Shown here one piece after another: positions 1 through 10,780 of a DNA stretch of 64,000 bases; position 1 is the stretch's first letter; each line of letters begins with the position of its first letter. The translations under genes and the position numbers were made by a program. Source of the DNA: a virus. Where the stretch lies: IMG/VR virus record IMGVR_UViG_3300024358_000010. The stretch is one strand, 5' to 3'. The notes below the pieces were generated by a model, which had not been told where the DNA came from, did not search any database, and saw only the letters and a list, made by a program, of their open reading frames with translations.

Positions 1-3000
1 AGCATACTCAAGAGATGAGGCCGCTTGAGATTCATCAGATGCGGGAGACCAAGATAGATTTAATGAGCCAGATCCGGCAACGACAACGTTAATCTTGCCG
101 CTATTGCCGACGACAGGTGCAACCCACTGAGAGGATGTTTTTGCAAACACTGACGCATACCCGGATCTATTACCAGCAGCGTCGACTGCCATGATGTTGT
201 AGTAAAAACCAGTATTGCCAGGCAGATTAGAATCACGGAACTGGACATAGCGAGTTGAATTGTAAATTAACTCATACGTATACGGATTAATCCACGGGAC
301 TACAACAGCATTGCCGACGTAGGTGCCGTTTGAAATCATCTGAGCAACAGTTGAAATATTGTTACTAGACGAGCGGTATACGCGATAAATTACGTTTTGT
401 ATGGGCGTAACGTTATCAACAGCGACAGTTGCGTTTAAGTTGATGTAATTATAGCCAACGTGAGTAATCTCGATATTGCCGACACCAGGAACAACAGGTG
501 CGGAGGTGTCGTTAAGTGTTAGCGCATTCACTGGTGCATAAACTGATTTATTGCCAGCTTGATCTCGAACAACAACGCCAAAGAAGTAACGAGTGTTTCT
601 ATTCAGTTCGGTTGCCGTATAGCTGCCGGTGTTAACAGTCCAATCGAGAATCTTAGTGCCAGCTTCGACAGACGCAACTGTTTGCGACATTTGACTGGTT
701 GAACGATACACTGCATACTCTAACAGGTTGGAAGCCGTCTTGTTGTCTGTTGCCAATCCCCACGTCAACGATATTGTGGTATCGGTTACGCTACCGGTGC
801 TCAGCGAGAGCGGCGCAATTACCGGCGGAATGTTTTCATTAAGCGTGGACGTAGCCAAACCTGTATACGCAGTTCTGTTTCCAGCCCCGTCGCGTGCGAT
901 TACGTTAATATAATACGGAGTTCCATCTGTTAAACCGGTAATTGTGTAGCCATTTGTCGCAGCTATACCCAATCCACTATAAGTACCAGATATAACTAAT
1001 ATCCCGTTTGCCAATATATTTGACACGCTGCCGATATTGTTAGAAGTGGAGTAATAAAGATCATACTGTACGGTAGATGGGGAATGAATATCCGTTGCTT
1101 GACCCCACGAAACTTTGATACTGTTTGGCGTTCTGTTTACAAGAGTTAATAACGTGGAATTGTTCAGTATTGGTGGGTAAATATCACCCGGCGTAGTAAA
1201 TGTAATTTTAGAATACGCGGTTTTATTGCCCAAAGAGTCTTCTGCGACAATGTTTACAGAATACTGCGTACTCATTGCGGCGGTCGCATCTGGAAATTGA
1301 AATTCAGTTCCATCGGTGCCCATCACAACCCAGCGTCTTACATTGGTGATGCTTTCGATCTCTTGAACGGTCGACATCGAAGGGCTGCCAGGCGCAATGT
1401 ATACGGAATATTTGATATTGCCTTGCGATGTCTGATTGTCCGTTGCGGCATTCCAACTTATCTTTACAGTGGGCGACATAGAAAGTGGAGAAGAAATGGA
1501 ATTTGTTATTAAAGATATGTTTGAATTGCTTACCGAAGGAGCGGTGACATCAACTTGCGATCTGCCTGCTTTCGACACGTATGCGGCCTTATTACCCTCG
1601 GTGTCTCTTACGATAACATTAAAGAAATAAAATTGACCGGGTACAGGCACGATTACGTCGTAAAAACCGCCGTTGGTAAATGTAGCCCAATCGCGTACCA
1701 CAATACCGTTAGCTTCTGCATCCGCAACCGTAGATATGTTGTTTAGCGGAGAAATTACGATCTTGTATTGATTTTGTGAAAAGTGCGAAAAATTATCAAG
1801 AGCCAGTCCATGCTGAATCGTGACAGCGCTATATCCATTAGGCGTTAACGTCAAAATTCCTGAGTTTCCTGGAACTGGAGCCGAAATATCTGACGAGTTT
1901 CTGCTGCTGACAGTTTGATATTTTGCCTTATTCCCACGGGAATCGCGCACAACAACAGTATAGTAACGCGTTAATGACGCGACTAGGCTGATATTTGCGG
2001 TCACCAAATCTTTAGTGAAAGGAATTTCAAATGCCGCGCTAGATCCAGGCGCAGAAATTGCATCTAACGAACCTAAATTAGATTCATCAGAACTATAGTA
2101 TAAGGCATACTCTAGATCAAGCGAGTTGGTTATGTCGTCTGTGGCTCGAGACCACGACATCGTAAAACCAAAAGATGTTACATTGGATTTTGTAATAAAA
2201 CCACTTGCACCCGGCACTGGTGGCACAGCGTCTTGCTGAGTTGTCTTTGAGAAAGACGAGTATAGTGTTTTATTGCCGGCTTCATCTTTTCCAATAAGAG
2301 CAAAATGATACGTAGTGCCGGAGTTTAAATTCGGCACGACGATATCAGAAGTGCTGGCTATATAATCTCTTGCTAAGATCCCGTACTGCTCAATGTAAGC
2401 TATACTAGTTGAGCTGGTGGGCACTCTATATAAGGCATATTGTATGTTTTGAGAAGAAGTGAGATCGTCCTGGGCGGCCGAGTAGGAAACAGTGATTGAA
2501 TTGTAGTCTGCCGTAGCGGTTGGCTGAGAGCTGTAAGTTGGACCAGTTGTATCTGCGAGCGTACTAACAGAGGCAGACGTATATGCAAGCTTGTTTCCTG
2601 CGGCGTCCCTGGCGATTACGTTATAGTATTTGGTGGAGTTTACAGATTTACCTGTAACGCTAAAAAACTGTGAAGCAGTGTCAGCACCAAAGAACTGAGC
2701 TATCGCTGTGCCATTTGATTCTGCGGCTGCAACAGTGCTAATGTTATTAGAACTAGATTCATAAACTAAATAATAGATGCTGGTTCTAGAAGAAAAGTCG
2801 TCAGAAGCAGAGTTCCAAGTTATTTTGTATCCAGTGAAAGAGTGCTCACTGAAAGACAGCGACGCGTTCGATACGGTTGGCGCGATATCATCAGCCTGCG
2901 TGGTTGCGCCAACTGGATTATAAGCTACCTTATTGCCGGACGCATCCTTAGCTATAACGTTGTAGCCATACAAACTACCGGGGAGAAGAGAGGAATCTGT

Positions 3001-4773
3001 GTATGTCGCTATATTTGCTGTGTACGGCATCAATAGCGTACCCATTGATTCCGTTGTGGCAACGCTACCGGTGTAACCTGCCGTAAAAATTGGCACACTA
3101 TAAACTGCATACTGAATTAGCGGCTGCTGGGTGACGTTATCGCTTGCAAGCGGCCATGTAAGAGTTACACTAGTTTTTGTTGATGTGTAAGATATTGGGG
3201 CGCCGTCGGTAACAGGTATGGGCGGCGTCAAGTCGGCCAGGGTGGCGCTTGATATAGTGTCGTATTTAACTTTGTTGTTAGCTAAATCGCGACCGATAAT
3301 TGTGAAATAGTATGTGGAGTTCAGAGCAAGATCGGATACGGTTGCTTCTATTACAGACGAGCTCACACCGGTCACAGTTTGCGAAAGAGTGCCATTTGCC
3401 TCAGCGAGTGCCAGAGTTGACATATTGTTAGAGGAAGAGTAGCGGATATCGTAGCGCATACTTGACGCAGACGAGATGTCGTCTACCGCAGCAGACCATC
3501 TTAAGGTGATAGAAGAGTATGTTTGATCTTTAGCGACAATAGAGGAGTCGGAAATCGTTGGAGAAATAAGATCAGACAGTCCAGAAACTTGGATTAAAGA
3601 AACAGCGCCAGCAGAGCTTGCGGTAAAATTAGGCAAAAAGACGCGCGCTGGTTTAGAAGAATACCCTAAAGAATAGTTAGCGCCATCTAATACTGTGTCG
3701 CTTCCAGTCCACTGAGCGCCATCGTAATCAAAAACGTTGTAATAAAAGTAATCTTTTGCTGTTCGACCGTAAGACGTATAGCTAGCAGAATATATTACTG
3801 CTACAGAGTTTGAATTTACAGACATCTTGACGTCGATTATGTTATAAAAATACACAGAAAGCGACGTCATGAAGGAATTGGAATCAAGAGACCAAACGCC
3901 AGCTGATAACTTATAAACAACGAGCGGTTTGTTTAAGTTTGAACCATAATCCACGCTGGCCGCGACAGAGTATTCCGTGTCGTCTTTTCCAGCTGCACCG
4001 ATTGCGAGTCGCTGGCCGTTTCCTGCCATAGATACAGAACTACCAAAGTAAGTTCCTGCATCGCACTCATCTGCTGTGATTTTCTTAACAAGCGAATTAG
4101 TGCTTAAATTATATATATAAACTGCACCAGTTCTTGTGGCGGATGGGTTGTCTTCGCCAACAGAACCAATTGCCAAAGTAGAACCGTCATTTGAAAGCGA
4201 AACATCGTATCCAAAATAATCTTCCAAACCTTGGTTTGGGTTTGATATCGTGTTGGAGAGGGCCCAAGTGCTGCCAGATCTAGAATAAACAAGAACAGAG
4301 CCAGAATTGTCAACGCTCTGCGACTGATTGTTTGTGATAGTTGCGCCAGGAAAACCGACAGCCAACACGTTTCCGCTGTCGGAAAAAGATAAGGACTCGC
4401 CAAATCCGCGAATCGAACTGGTGAACGTGGCTTGAAGCGTTAGGCTTCCGGTTGTGGCACTCGTCATGTTGAGGGCGTAAATTTTGATAGAATCTTGCGT
4501 TGCGCCCTCAAATTTTGCAGCCACTGTTGAGCCGTCTGGCGACATGGCAACCAAAACATCACCATCGGCTGCGGAGTTATCGCCAAGAACCGTGGCCACA
4601 AGTGAACTCTGCGTAGCGCTATCGCTTTCTCTAACGTATACGCGCATTCCGCTAAAAGATCCCAACACAAAACGTCTTCCGTCTGTCGAAACAGAAATCG
4701 ATGTCGGTTGAGCGTTGGTTAGTAAAGAATCATTTAAAACGAGAGATGACGTTAAAGTATTAAACGAGGGCAT
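1..4773 (-). CDS. Large fibre/adhesin-like virion protein (>1590 aa, runs off the left edge): N-terminal FG-GAP-like beta-propeller plus tandem fibronectin type III repeats
   Basis: ATG at 4773. No stop seen in the stretches I translated, including the last ~400 nt to position 1, which would explain its absence from the ORF track. FGESLSFSDSGNVLAVG-type propeller repeats, then 10 full FN3-like units ending (R/K)DxxGN(K/R)xxY at ~340-nt spacing. Confidence 0.85.
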   Translation of the reverse strand, partial: MPSFNTLTSSLVLNDSLLTNAQPTSISVSTDGRRFVLGSFSGMRVYVRESDSATQSSLVATVLGDNSAADGDVLVAMSPDGSTVAAKFEGATQDSIKIYALNMTSATTGSLTLQATFTSSIRGFGESLSFSDSGNVLAVGFPGATITNNQSQSVDNSGSVLVYSRSGSTWALSNTISNPNQGLEDYFGYDVSLSNDGSTLAIGSVGEDNPSATRTGAVYIYNLSTNSLVKKITADECDAGTYFGSSVSMAGNGQRLAIGAAGKDDTEYSVAASVDYGSNLNKPLVVYKLSAGVWSLDSNSFMTSLSVYFYNIIDVKMSVNSNSVAVIYSASYTSYGRTAKDYFYYNVFDYDGAQWTGSDTVLDGANYSLGYSSKPARVFLPNFTASSAGAVSLIQVSGLSDLISPTISDSSIVAKDQTYSSITLRWSAAVDDISSASSMRYDIRYSSSNNMSTLALAEANGTLSQTVTGVSSSVIEATVSDLALNSTYYFTIIGRDLANNKVKYDTISSATLADLTPPIPVTDGAPISYTSTKTSVTLTWPLASDNVTQQPLIQYAVYSVPIFTAGYTGSVATTESMGTLLMPYTANIATYTDSSLLPGSLYGYNVIAKDASGNKVAYNPVGATTQADDIAPTVSNASLSFSEHSFTGYKITWNSASDDFSSRTSIYYLVYESSSNNISTVAAAESNGTAIAQFFGADTASQFFSVTGKSVNSTKYYNVIARDAAGNKLAYTSASVSTLADTTGPTYSSQPTATADYNSITVSYSAAQDDLTSSQNIQYALYRVPTSSTSIAYIEQYGILARDYIASTSDIVVPNLNSGTTYHFALIGKDEAGNKTLYSSFSKTTQQDAVPPVPGASGFITKSNVTSFGFTMSWSRATDDITNSLDLEYALYYSSDESNLGSLDAISAPGSSAAFEIPFTKDLVTANISLVASLTRYYTVVVRDSRGNKAKYQTVSSRNSSDISAPVPGNSGILTLTPNGYSAVTIQHGLALDNFSHFSQNQYKIVISPLNNISTVADAEANGIVVRDWATFTNGGFYDVIVPVPGQFYFFNVIVRDTEGNKAAYVSKAGRSQVDVTAPSVSNSNISLITNSISSPLSMSPTVKISWNAATDNQTSQGNIKYSVYIAPGSPSMSTVQEIESITNVRRWVVMGTDGTEFQFPDATAAMSTQYSVNIVAEDSLGNKTAYSKITFTTPGDIYPPILNNSTLLTLVNRTPNSIKVSWGQATDIHSPSTVQYDLYYSTSNNIGSVSNILANGILVISGTYSGLGIAATNGYTITGLTDGTPYYINVIARDGAGNRTAYTGLATSTLNENIPPVIAPLSLSTGSVTDTTISLTWGLATDNKTASNLLEYAVYRSTSQMSQTVASVEAGTKILDWTVNTGSYTATELNRNTRYFFGVVVRDQAGNKSVYAPVNALTLNDTSAPVVPGVGNIEITHVGYNYINLNATVAVDNVTPIQNVIYRVYRSSSNNISTVAQMISNGTYVGNAVVVPWINPYTYELIYNSTRYVQFRDSNLPGNTGFYYNIMAVDAAGNRSGYASVFAKTSSQWVAPVVGNSGKINVVVAGSGSLNLSWSPASDESQAASSLEYA

Positions 4774-4828
4774 ATAAAGATTCCTTTTCAGGAAGTAAGA
4801 GTTTAATTTAGATGCAAACCTAGGAAGG

Positions 4829-4891
4829 GGACCGGCCAATTAAGGCCGGTCCATCGCTTAAACTGGCGCGGATGCTCTCTCACACATCCGC
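4829..4891 (-). terminator. Two GC-rich hairpins downstream of the 973-aa gene
   Basis: ggaccggcc-aattaa-ggccggtcc (4829-4852) and gcggatg-N10-catccgc (4868-4891). U-tract is weak. Confidence 0.5.
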
Positions 4892-4906
4892 TAAAATAAC
4901 TTTAAA

Positions 4907-7828
4907 TTAGCCTTGGTAACGATACATTACGCGAACAATGTCACCAATCATTAACTCTTCGTCGCCGTTCTGAGCAAGACTTCCAGCGAAGGTGATTCTG
5001 GTTACACCGCCAACCACGGACAAGGTGTAATCGTCGCCAGCATGAGCAACTAGACGATCAACAGTGACCATGATAGACTTTTCGATTGCCATGTGGGCCA
5101 GATTAATGTAGCCATTAGATACGTCAGCGCTTGCGAGCACAAACTTCTCTTTTTCATGGACAACGGCGTTAATCGTGTCGATCTGATCTTGAAGAGCATT
5201 GTCAGCGGTTGTGCGCTCGGAAGCTTCATTGGCAACTTCGCTGTCGGTGTAATCTTTGGCGTCTTTGAGAGCTTTAGCAACCGAACCAGCAACGCTGTCT
5301 GCGCCCTCAAGGATATCCAAACGAGCGTCAAGGGCGTTATCAGCAGATTCGCGAGCGGATACTTCTGCATCCAAGTTGTCTTGGAGAAGATCGTCGGCAG
5401 CGGCGCGCGTAGATGCTTCAGAGTTAATCGCGGCAATGCGAGCAGACTCTTCGGCATCGATGTTGCTTTGCAGTACACCTTCGGCAGCAAGAGCACGAGT
5501 TTCTTCAGCAGAAACTTCGGAATCAGTATAATCTTTAGCGTCTTTAAGAGCTTTAGCAACAGAACCAGCAACGCTGTCTGCACCTTCAAGCACGTCGAGA
5601 CGGGCATCAAGGGCGTTATCAGCAGCTAGTCTAGTAGCAGCTTCAGTGTTAAGATCGGTTTGAAGCGCAGTGTCACCGGCGATGCGGGCAGCTTCTTCAG
5701 CAGAAACTTCGGAATCAGTATAATCTTTAGCGTCTTTAAGAGCTTTAGCAACCGAACCAACAACGCTATCTGCACCTTCGAGGACATCGAGACGGGCATC
5801 AAGAGCGGAGTCAGCGGATTCACGAGCAGACTGCTCGGCGTCAATGTTACCTTGGAGCACACCTTCGGCAGCCATAGCGCGAGATTCTTCGGCGTCAATG
5901 TTACCTTGGAGCACACCTTCGGCAGCCATAGCGCGAGATTCTTCGGCAGAAACTTCAGCATCGGTGTAATCTTTAGCATCCTTAAGAGCTTTAGCAACCG
6001 AACCAACAACGCTATCTGCACCTTCGATGATGTCCAAGCGAGCATCAAGGGCATCATCTGCAGCAATACGAGCAGCTTCTTCAGCAGAAAGATCGGCCCC
6101 ACTGGAGGATTCGAGGGCATCGATGGCAGCGTTGATAGAAGCCAGTTCTCCAGAAATCGTAGCAGCATAGTTGGCGTCATCGCCAAGAGCGGCAGCGAGT
6201 TCGTTCAAGGTGTCTAGCGCGCCAGGAGCCATGTCGATGATTTCAGCTACGCGGGTGTCCGTGTAGTCTTTAGCATCTTTCAAAGCCTTAGCGACAGAGC
6301 CAGCGGTGTTTTGATCGCCTTCGAGCACGTCCAAGCGAGCGTCAAGGGCGTCATCGCCAGCGATGCGGGCAGCTTCTTCAGCAGAAACTTCAGCATCGGT
6401 GTAATCTTTAGCATCCTTAAGAGCTTTAGCAACCGAACCGGCTACACTGTCGGCGCCTTCAAGGATATCGAGACGAGCGTCAAGAGCAGAGTCAGCAGCT
6501 TCACGAGCAGACTGCTCAGCAGAAACAGCGGCTTGACGTGCAGATTCTTCAGCAGAAACAGCGGCAGCGCGGTCAAGGATCTCTTGATCGAGGTCGCCAC
6601 GCAGGTCAAGGGTGTAGCCGTCAAGCTGGTCAATTTGACTTTGCAGGACTGCTTCGCGGGCGTCGGTGTAATCTTTGGCGTCTTTTTCAGCTTTAGCAAC
6701 CGAACCCTCTACGGTGTCAGCACCTTCAAGGACGTCGAGGCGAGCGTCCATCGCATCATCAGCAGCGATACGAGCAGATTCTTCAGCAGAGACTGCGGCG
6801 ATACGAGCAGATTCTTCAGCAGAGACCTCGCTATCAGTATAGTCTTTAGCGTCCTTAAGAGCCTTAGCGACGGAACCAGCAACGGTGTCAGCTCCCTCGA
6901 GGACATCGAGACGAGCATCCATTGCGTCGTCTGCAGATTGGCGGGCAGCAGCTTCGTCAGCAACTTCAGCGTCAGTGTAGGCTTTGGCGTCGAATAGAGC
7001 CTTAGCAACTGAGCCTTCGACCGCAACGCCACCTTCGATGATGTCAAGACGAGCATCCATTGCGTCGTCTGCAGATTGGCGGGCAGCAGCTTCGTTAGAA
7101 ACTGCAGTCTCGCGAGCGTTTTGCTCAGCAAGAACTTCGGCATCAGTGTAATCTTTAGCATCTTTCAAAGCTTTAGCAACAGAACCTTCAACACTATCAG
7201 CGCCTTCGAGAATATCGAGGCGGGCATCAAGGGCCTCATCGGCTGCCATTCTTGCAGCTTCTTCAGCGGCAAGATCGCCAGAGCTAGCGTTCTCGAGATT
7301 GGTGATGCTAGATTCGATGCTAGCAAGCTGGTTAGCGATCGTGGTTGCGAAATTTTCATCACCGCCAAGAGCGTCGCTTAATTCCTTAAGGGTATCAAGT
7401 ACGCCAGGAGCGCCATTGATAAGGTCGGCGATCTTTTGGTCGGCGTAGTCTTGAGCGTCTTTTTGAGCTTTAGCGATAGAGCCAACGACGGTGTTTCCGC
7501 CTTCGATGACGTCTAGACGAGCGTCCATGGCGGAGTCAGCAGACTCCATTGAGCTTTGAAGACTAGAAATAGCAGAAGCGCGCGCTGAGGCTTCGGCAGA
7601 AATTTCAGCATCAACGTAGTTTTTACGAACGAGGTCGTTAGCGCCTTGAGGGTCGACGGACAGCTTTGGAGTGATACTAAATTGCCACTCGTTACTGCTG
7701 TTAAAGTAGAAAAGATCACGGTCAGCACCGGTTGTATCAACGGCGCGAACTGCTTGACCATTAAGCAGTTGCAGTTTGGATCCGTCGATTGCATTATTCT
7801 CAATAAACTTCTTTTTAATCTGAGACAT
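4907..7828 (-). CDS. Repetitive coiled-coil fibre protein (head/whisker/tail fibre-like), 973 aa
   Basis: 11 copies of (L/M)DARLD(I/V)xEGxxxxxGS(V/I)AKAxxDAxxYxD, two LDTLxELxxALGxDxN(F/Y)A fibre motifs, small C-terminal beta domain. Confidence 0.8.
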   Translation of the reverse strand: MSQIKKKFIENNAIDGSKLQLLNGQAVRAVDTTGADRDLFYFNSSNEWQFSITPKLSVDPQGANDLVRKNYVDAEISAEASARASAISSLQSSMESADSAMDARLDVIEGGNTVVGSIAKAQKDAQDYADQKIADLINGAPGVLDTLKELSDALGGDENFATTIANQLASIESSITNLENASSGDLAAEEAARMAADEALDARLDILEGADSVEGSVAKALKDAKDYTDAEVLAEQNARETAVSNEAAARQSADDAMDARLDIIEGGVAVEGSVAKALFDAKAYTDAEVADEAAARQSADDAMDARLDVLEGADTVAGSVAKALKDAKDYTDSEVSAEESARIAAVSAEESARIAADDAMDARLDVLEGADTVEGSVAKAEKDAKDYTDAREAVLQSQIDQLDGYTLDLRGDLDQEILDRAAAVSAEESARQAAVSAEQSAREAADSALDARLDILEGADSVAGSVAKALKDAKDYTDAEVSAEEAARIAGDDALDARLDVLEGDQNTAGSVAKALKDAKDYTDTRVAEIIDMAPGALDTLNELAAALGDDANYAATISGELASINAAIDALESSSGADLSAEEAARIAADDALDARLDIIEGADSVVGSVAKALKDAKDYTDAEVSAEESRAMAAEGVLQGNIDAEESRAMAAEGVLQGNIDAEQSARESADSALDARLDVLEGADSVVGSVAKALKDAKDYTDSEVSAEEAARIAGDTALQTDLNTEAATRLAADNALDARLDVLEGADSVAGSVAKALKDAKDYTDSEVSAEETRALAAEGVLQSNIDAEESARIAAINSEASTRAAADDLLQDNLDAEVSARESADNALDARLDILEGADSVAGSVAKALKDAKDYTDSEVANEASERTTADNALQDQIDTINAVVHEKEKFVLASADVSNGYINLAHMAIEKSIMVTVDRLVAHAGDDYTLSVVGGVTRITFAGSLAQNGDEELMIGDIVRVMYRYQG
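5835..5942. repeat. Perfect 54-bp tandem duplication inside the fibre gene
   Basis: 5835-5888 is identical to 5889-5942 and encodes AEESRAMAAEGVLQGNID twice. Confidence 0.9.
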
Positions 7829-7854
7829 GCTAGATTCTCCTAGTTGTTAGTGCA

Positions 7855-8256
7855 CTAGGAATATTCTATCACGAGAATGTCTCCGATCTCTAGAAGTCCG
7901 TCTAAGCCCATGTTTCCCCACATAATTATGTTAGGAGACACGACCGTAAAATCTGTAGCATATATCTGCGCTGGGCCACCTTCTGGAAAAATCTTAGTCC
8001 TTGAAGGGTTTTGTACTATTTTTGAAAGTATCAAAGTTTTAGTAAGCAGATTAACGCCGGTTATGACAACCGTCTCGGTGTACGAGGCGTCGTTGAGTTT
8101 TACTATACCGCCAGACTTGGCAACATTAATAGAATTATTGGCTAAATTTAGCCAAAGTTGACCCTCAGATGGCGTAGCGGGATCCGCCGTGCGGATCTGC
8201 AGGCCTTTTTCTTGAATTGTTTCTTCTTGTCTAGCGATGTGAACTTTTTTAGGCAT
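7855..8256 (-). CDS. Putative virion structural protein; C-terminal domain resembles that of the 973-aa fibre
   Basis: DPATPSEGQLWLN fibre motif. ATDFTV...LLEIGDILVIEY parallels GDDYTL...ELMIGDIVRVMY. Confidence 0.6.
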   Translation of the reverse strand: MPKKVHIARQEETIQEKGLQIRTADPATPSEGQLWLNLANNSINVAKSGGIVKLNDASYTETVVITGVNLLTKTLILSKIVQNPSRTKIFPEGGPAQIYATDFTVVSPNIIMWGNMGLDGLLEIGDILVIEYS

Positions 8257-8986
8257 TTCCGTCACCTGACGTTATAACTGGCGCGTCTGTGTTAAAGTAG
8301 CGCCACACCTGACCATCGAAATAGGCTGGCTTTTGAACCTCGCCATCCTTAACGAATATCCACGGCGTCGTATTGTTTATACCAACAGGGGACAGGGGCA
8401 AACTTGCTATATCGTACACGGGCATATAATTTAAAGCAAGATCATTTTGCTGAACAGTGCTAAATAACACTTGATCAGTTTGATTTACAATCTTGAACGA
8501 AGGGAACGGATTGGAAGCGGTGCCGGTGATGAATTCGCCATCATCAGAGACGCTTAAAGCAAATATGTAGCCAGAAGGGCTTTGAAGAAAAATAGTGGCG
8601 ATGTCAACGCCGTTGGTATCTGGCGGATTCACCATAATAACTTCGCCATCTTCATCGATCTCAATAGCTGCTATAGAACCATCTTTTCTTTTAAATCGCC
8701 AGTAAGTTACTACGCCGACTTCTTCATCGGAAAGCAACTCCGATACGATCTCGCCCTCGTCGGTTGCCGTGATTTTCCAGCGTCCAACTGGACTTGGAAG
8801 GACGACAGACGTTGGCGAAGCACCGATGCGCAAGACAATATCGCCGTCTTGGTTGAGGAGATTTGAAGCTTGAGTAAGAAACGCTAATTTGTTCAATGCT
8901 TCTTGCAGGTTTGTCGCGCCAAGACCGTTCAGTATTGATGAAAATGGTATTGATTCTGCTGTCGGGGTGAAGAACGTATTGAACAT
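8249..8986 (-). CDS. Putative virion structural (fibre-associated) protein
   Basis: ATNLQEALNKL motif and repeated LxSPxG...xxDDGE beta units; lies in the structural cluster. Confidence 0.55.
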   Translation of the reverse strand: MFNTFFTPTAESIPFSSILNGLGATNLQEALNKLAFLTQASNLLNQDGDIVLRIGASPTSVVLPSPVGRWKITATDEGEIVSELLSDEEVGVVTYWRFKRKDGSIAAIEIDEDGEVIMVNPPDTNGVDIATIFLQSPSGYIFALSVSDDGEFITGTASNPFPSFKIVNQTDQVLFSTVQQNDLALNYMPVYDIASLPLSPVGINNTTPWIFVKDGEVQKPAYFDGQVWRYFNTDAPVITSGDGNA

Positions 8987-9735
8987 TATCCAACCTCCCA
9001 GACTCTAGCTTCTGCGGTTCCAGCGTTACTATGCATCAACCAAATCTTCATTGAAGCAGTGGCCGGGATGTACACCATCTGGTTGATAAAAATGGGTATC
9101 CCATTGGTCGCGTTTACGGTGTCAGCGAACCCCATGTACAAATTTTTGTCGATAGGCATAATAAACACGCCTTTGCGGTTTGCCAGAGTAGTAGTGCCAC
9201 CCTTAGCTTCTACGGGCGTCGGACCAACTATTACAGCCGCACCCTGCGCAGAACCTTGAAGCGAATCAGATACTCTAGCCTCACTGAACGACGTAAACGA
9301 AAGTTTATCGACTGCAACAGCTAAACTTTTTGCCTCCCCTGGAGCATTTCTGACAAACTTCAACACATTGCCAGTGTCGTCTACAGCTATACTTCTGCGC
9401 GCCACGATTGGCGCTTCTTCGTAGGTGAAGCGCTCAATGTCCTGAGTGGCTATGGTTGGGCGCTGTTGCTCAGGTGCACTGATGGTAGATGAAATGTCAT
9501 AAGTAGATAAATCGATTCGCATATTTGGGTTAGACCCCTGCGGACCTATCGCCATCTGAGTCTCAGAAAATATAGCCTTAATCTCGCCGGCAACCGACGG
9601 CTGGCTGGGATTTAGGATAACTACGAGCTGACCTAGTTTAAACGAGACAGTTGATGCAATAGTAACCACGCCGTTAGATGTACCATTTGCGGTAAACAGC
9701 TGCGACGGGATTTCTTTGTAAAACTTCTCGAGCAT
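8986..9735 (-). CDS. Putative virion structural protein
   Basis: 249-aa beta-rich ORF coupled to its neighbours in the structural operon. Confidence 0.55.
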   Translation of the reverse strand: MLEKFYKEIPSQLFTANGTSNGVVTIASTVSFKLGQLVVILNPSQPSVAGEIKAIFSETQMAIGPQGSNPNMRIDLSTYDISSTISAPEQQRPTIATQDIERFTYEEAPIVARRSIAVDDTGNVLKFVRNAPGEAKSLAVAVDKLSFTSFSEARVSDSLQGSAQGAAVIVGPTPVEAKGGTTTLANRKGVFIMPIDKNLYMGFADTVNATNGIPIFINQMVYIPATASMKIWLMHSNAGTAEARVWEVG

Positions 9736-9739
9736 CCTA

Positions 9740-10780
9740 TCAATACCCTAAATCTTGTTCTTTTTCGTTAACCATAGAATTATCAGCAAGATTCTGCTGA
9801 ATCTTACTATTATAATCCAATAATACCTCAAACTCTGCGTCAGTAGGCTGCCTAACTGATACTTCTTTAAGAAGATTTTGAATGCCATCCGATTTAAACA
9901 TACTAGTGTATTTCATCTTCATGGCGCCAATCCGTTGATCTTCAGACGGTTCAGGTTTTTGAGCGTACTTTTGCTTTATGTCTTTAACTTGCTGGTCAAA
10001 CGATTTTTCCTTAGGTTGTGAATACTTAGCTTTAATGGCTACGATCTTATCGTCAAGATCGGTCTTTGCTGCATATCTGGCCTTTATGGCATTAAGTTCG
10101 GCCTCTGACATCTCAGCCATTGATCTTACAGGATTTTTGGCAGATTTCTTTTTATCACTTTTGGCCTGAGATGTAGCTTGTTGTGCCGCCGTGCCATACT
10201 TTGAAGACGTGTATTGGCGCACGGCTTTATTTTGACCGACGTCTTCTCGAACCTCGCCGGTACGGGTACTTTTGCGCTTTATGTTATCAGTTGGATTGTA
10301 TAGATCCATGCCTTTTGGACCATAATTAGACTTCTCAATATCTTCTTTTCTAATATTCACCGGTCCGCGCTTTGGCGATATAGTCAAATCTTCCACCTGA
10401 TCGTGGTGGACTTGCGTGCCGTCATGCAAGACATACGAGTTGTGCTGCTGAGGCCCCATATCTACTACGTCTTTTACGTCATGATAGCCCGGTTTGTTTT
10501 TAATCTTTATCTGCCAGCCTCTACCCGATGATTCTTCTTTTTTAACGGGTTGACAAGATCCCTTTTCATAAGGTTTCTTTCCAGGCGTCGGCTCGTATCC
10601 TTCCCAACAGCGATCGGCCTTGCCGACCATCTCTTTAAGTTCTTTTAGCTGGCGCTCAGCTTCTTTGATCTGCTCTTTCTTCGAACCACTTCTAAGAACG
10701 TCAACTAAGCGCTTATGCTCTTCGATGAGTTCTGGTTTTGCCTTGTAGAGATTTTTAAGTTCTTCTTTCAGCATTTCCAT
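9740..10780 (-). CDS. Modular, basic internal-head-like protein
   Basis: CWEGY mini-module, four (I/M)KxxY repeats, several (L/I/V)xK(A/S/E) junctions. Confidence 0.55.
   Translation of the reverse strand: MEMLKEELKNLYKAKPELIEEHKRLVDVLRSGSKKEQIKEAERQLKELKEMVGKADRCWEGYEPTPGKKPYEKGSCQPVKKEESSGRGWQIKIKNKPGYHDVKDVVDMGPQQHNSYVLHDGTQVHHDQVEDLTISPKRGPVNIRKEDIEKSNYGPKGMDLYNPTDNIKRKSTRTGEVREDVGQNKAVRQYTSSKYGTAAQQATSQAKSDKKKSAKNPVRSMAEMSEAELNAIKARYAAKTDLDDKIVAIKAKYSQPKEKSFDQQVKDIKQKYAQKPEPSEDQRIGAMKMKYTSMFKSDGIQNLLKEVSVRQPTDAEFEVLLDYNSKIQQNLADNSMVNEKEQDLGY

Noticed and set aside
1-4773. Apparent ORF-free region suggesting stop-codon recoding or a pseudogene
   Set aside because: A minus-strand frame appears open off the window edge, and genes elsewhere use TAA, TAG and TGA as stops normally.
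5050-7843. Many alternative-frame and antisense ORFs, and CRISPR-like periodicity
   Set aside because: These are by-products of the coding repeats in the 973-aa gene. The repeats are in frame and degenerate at third positions, with no unique spacers.
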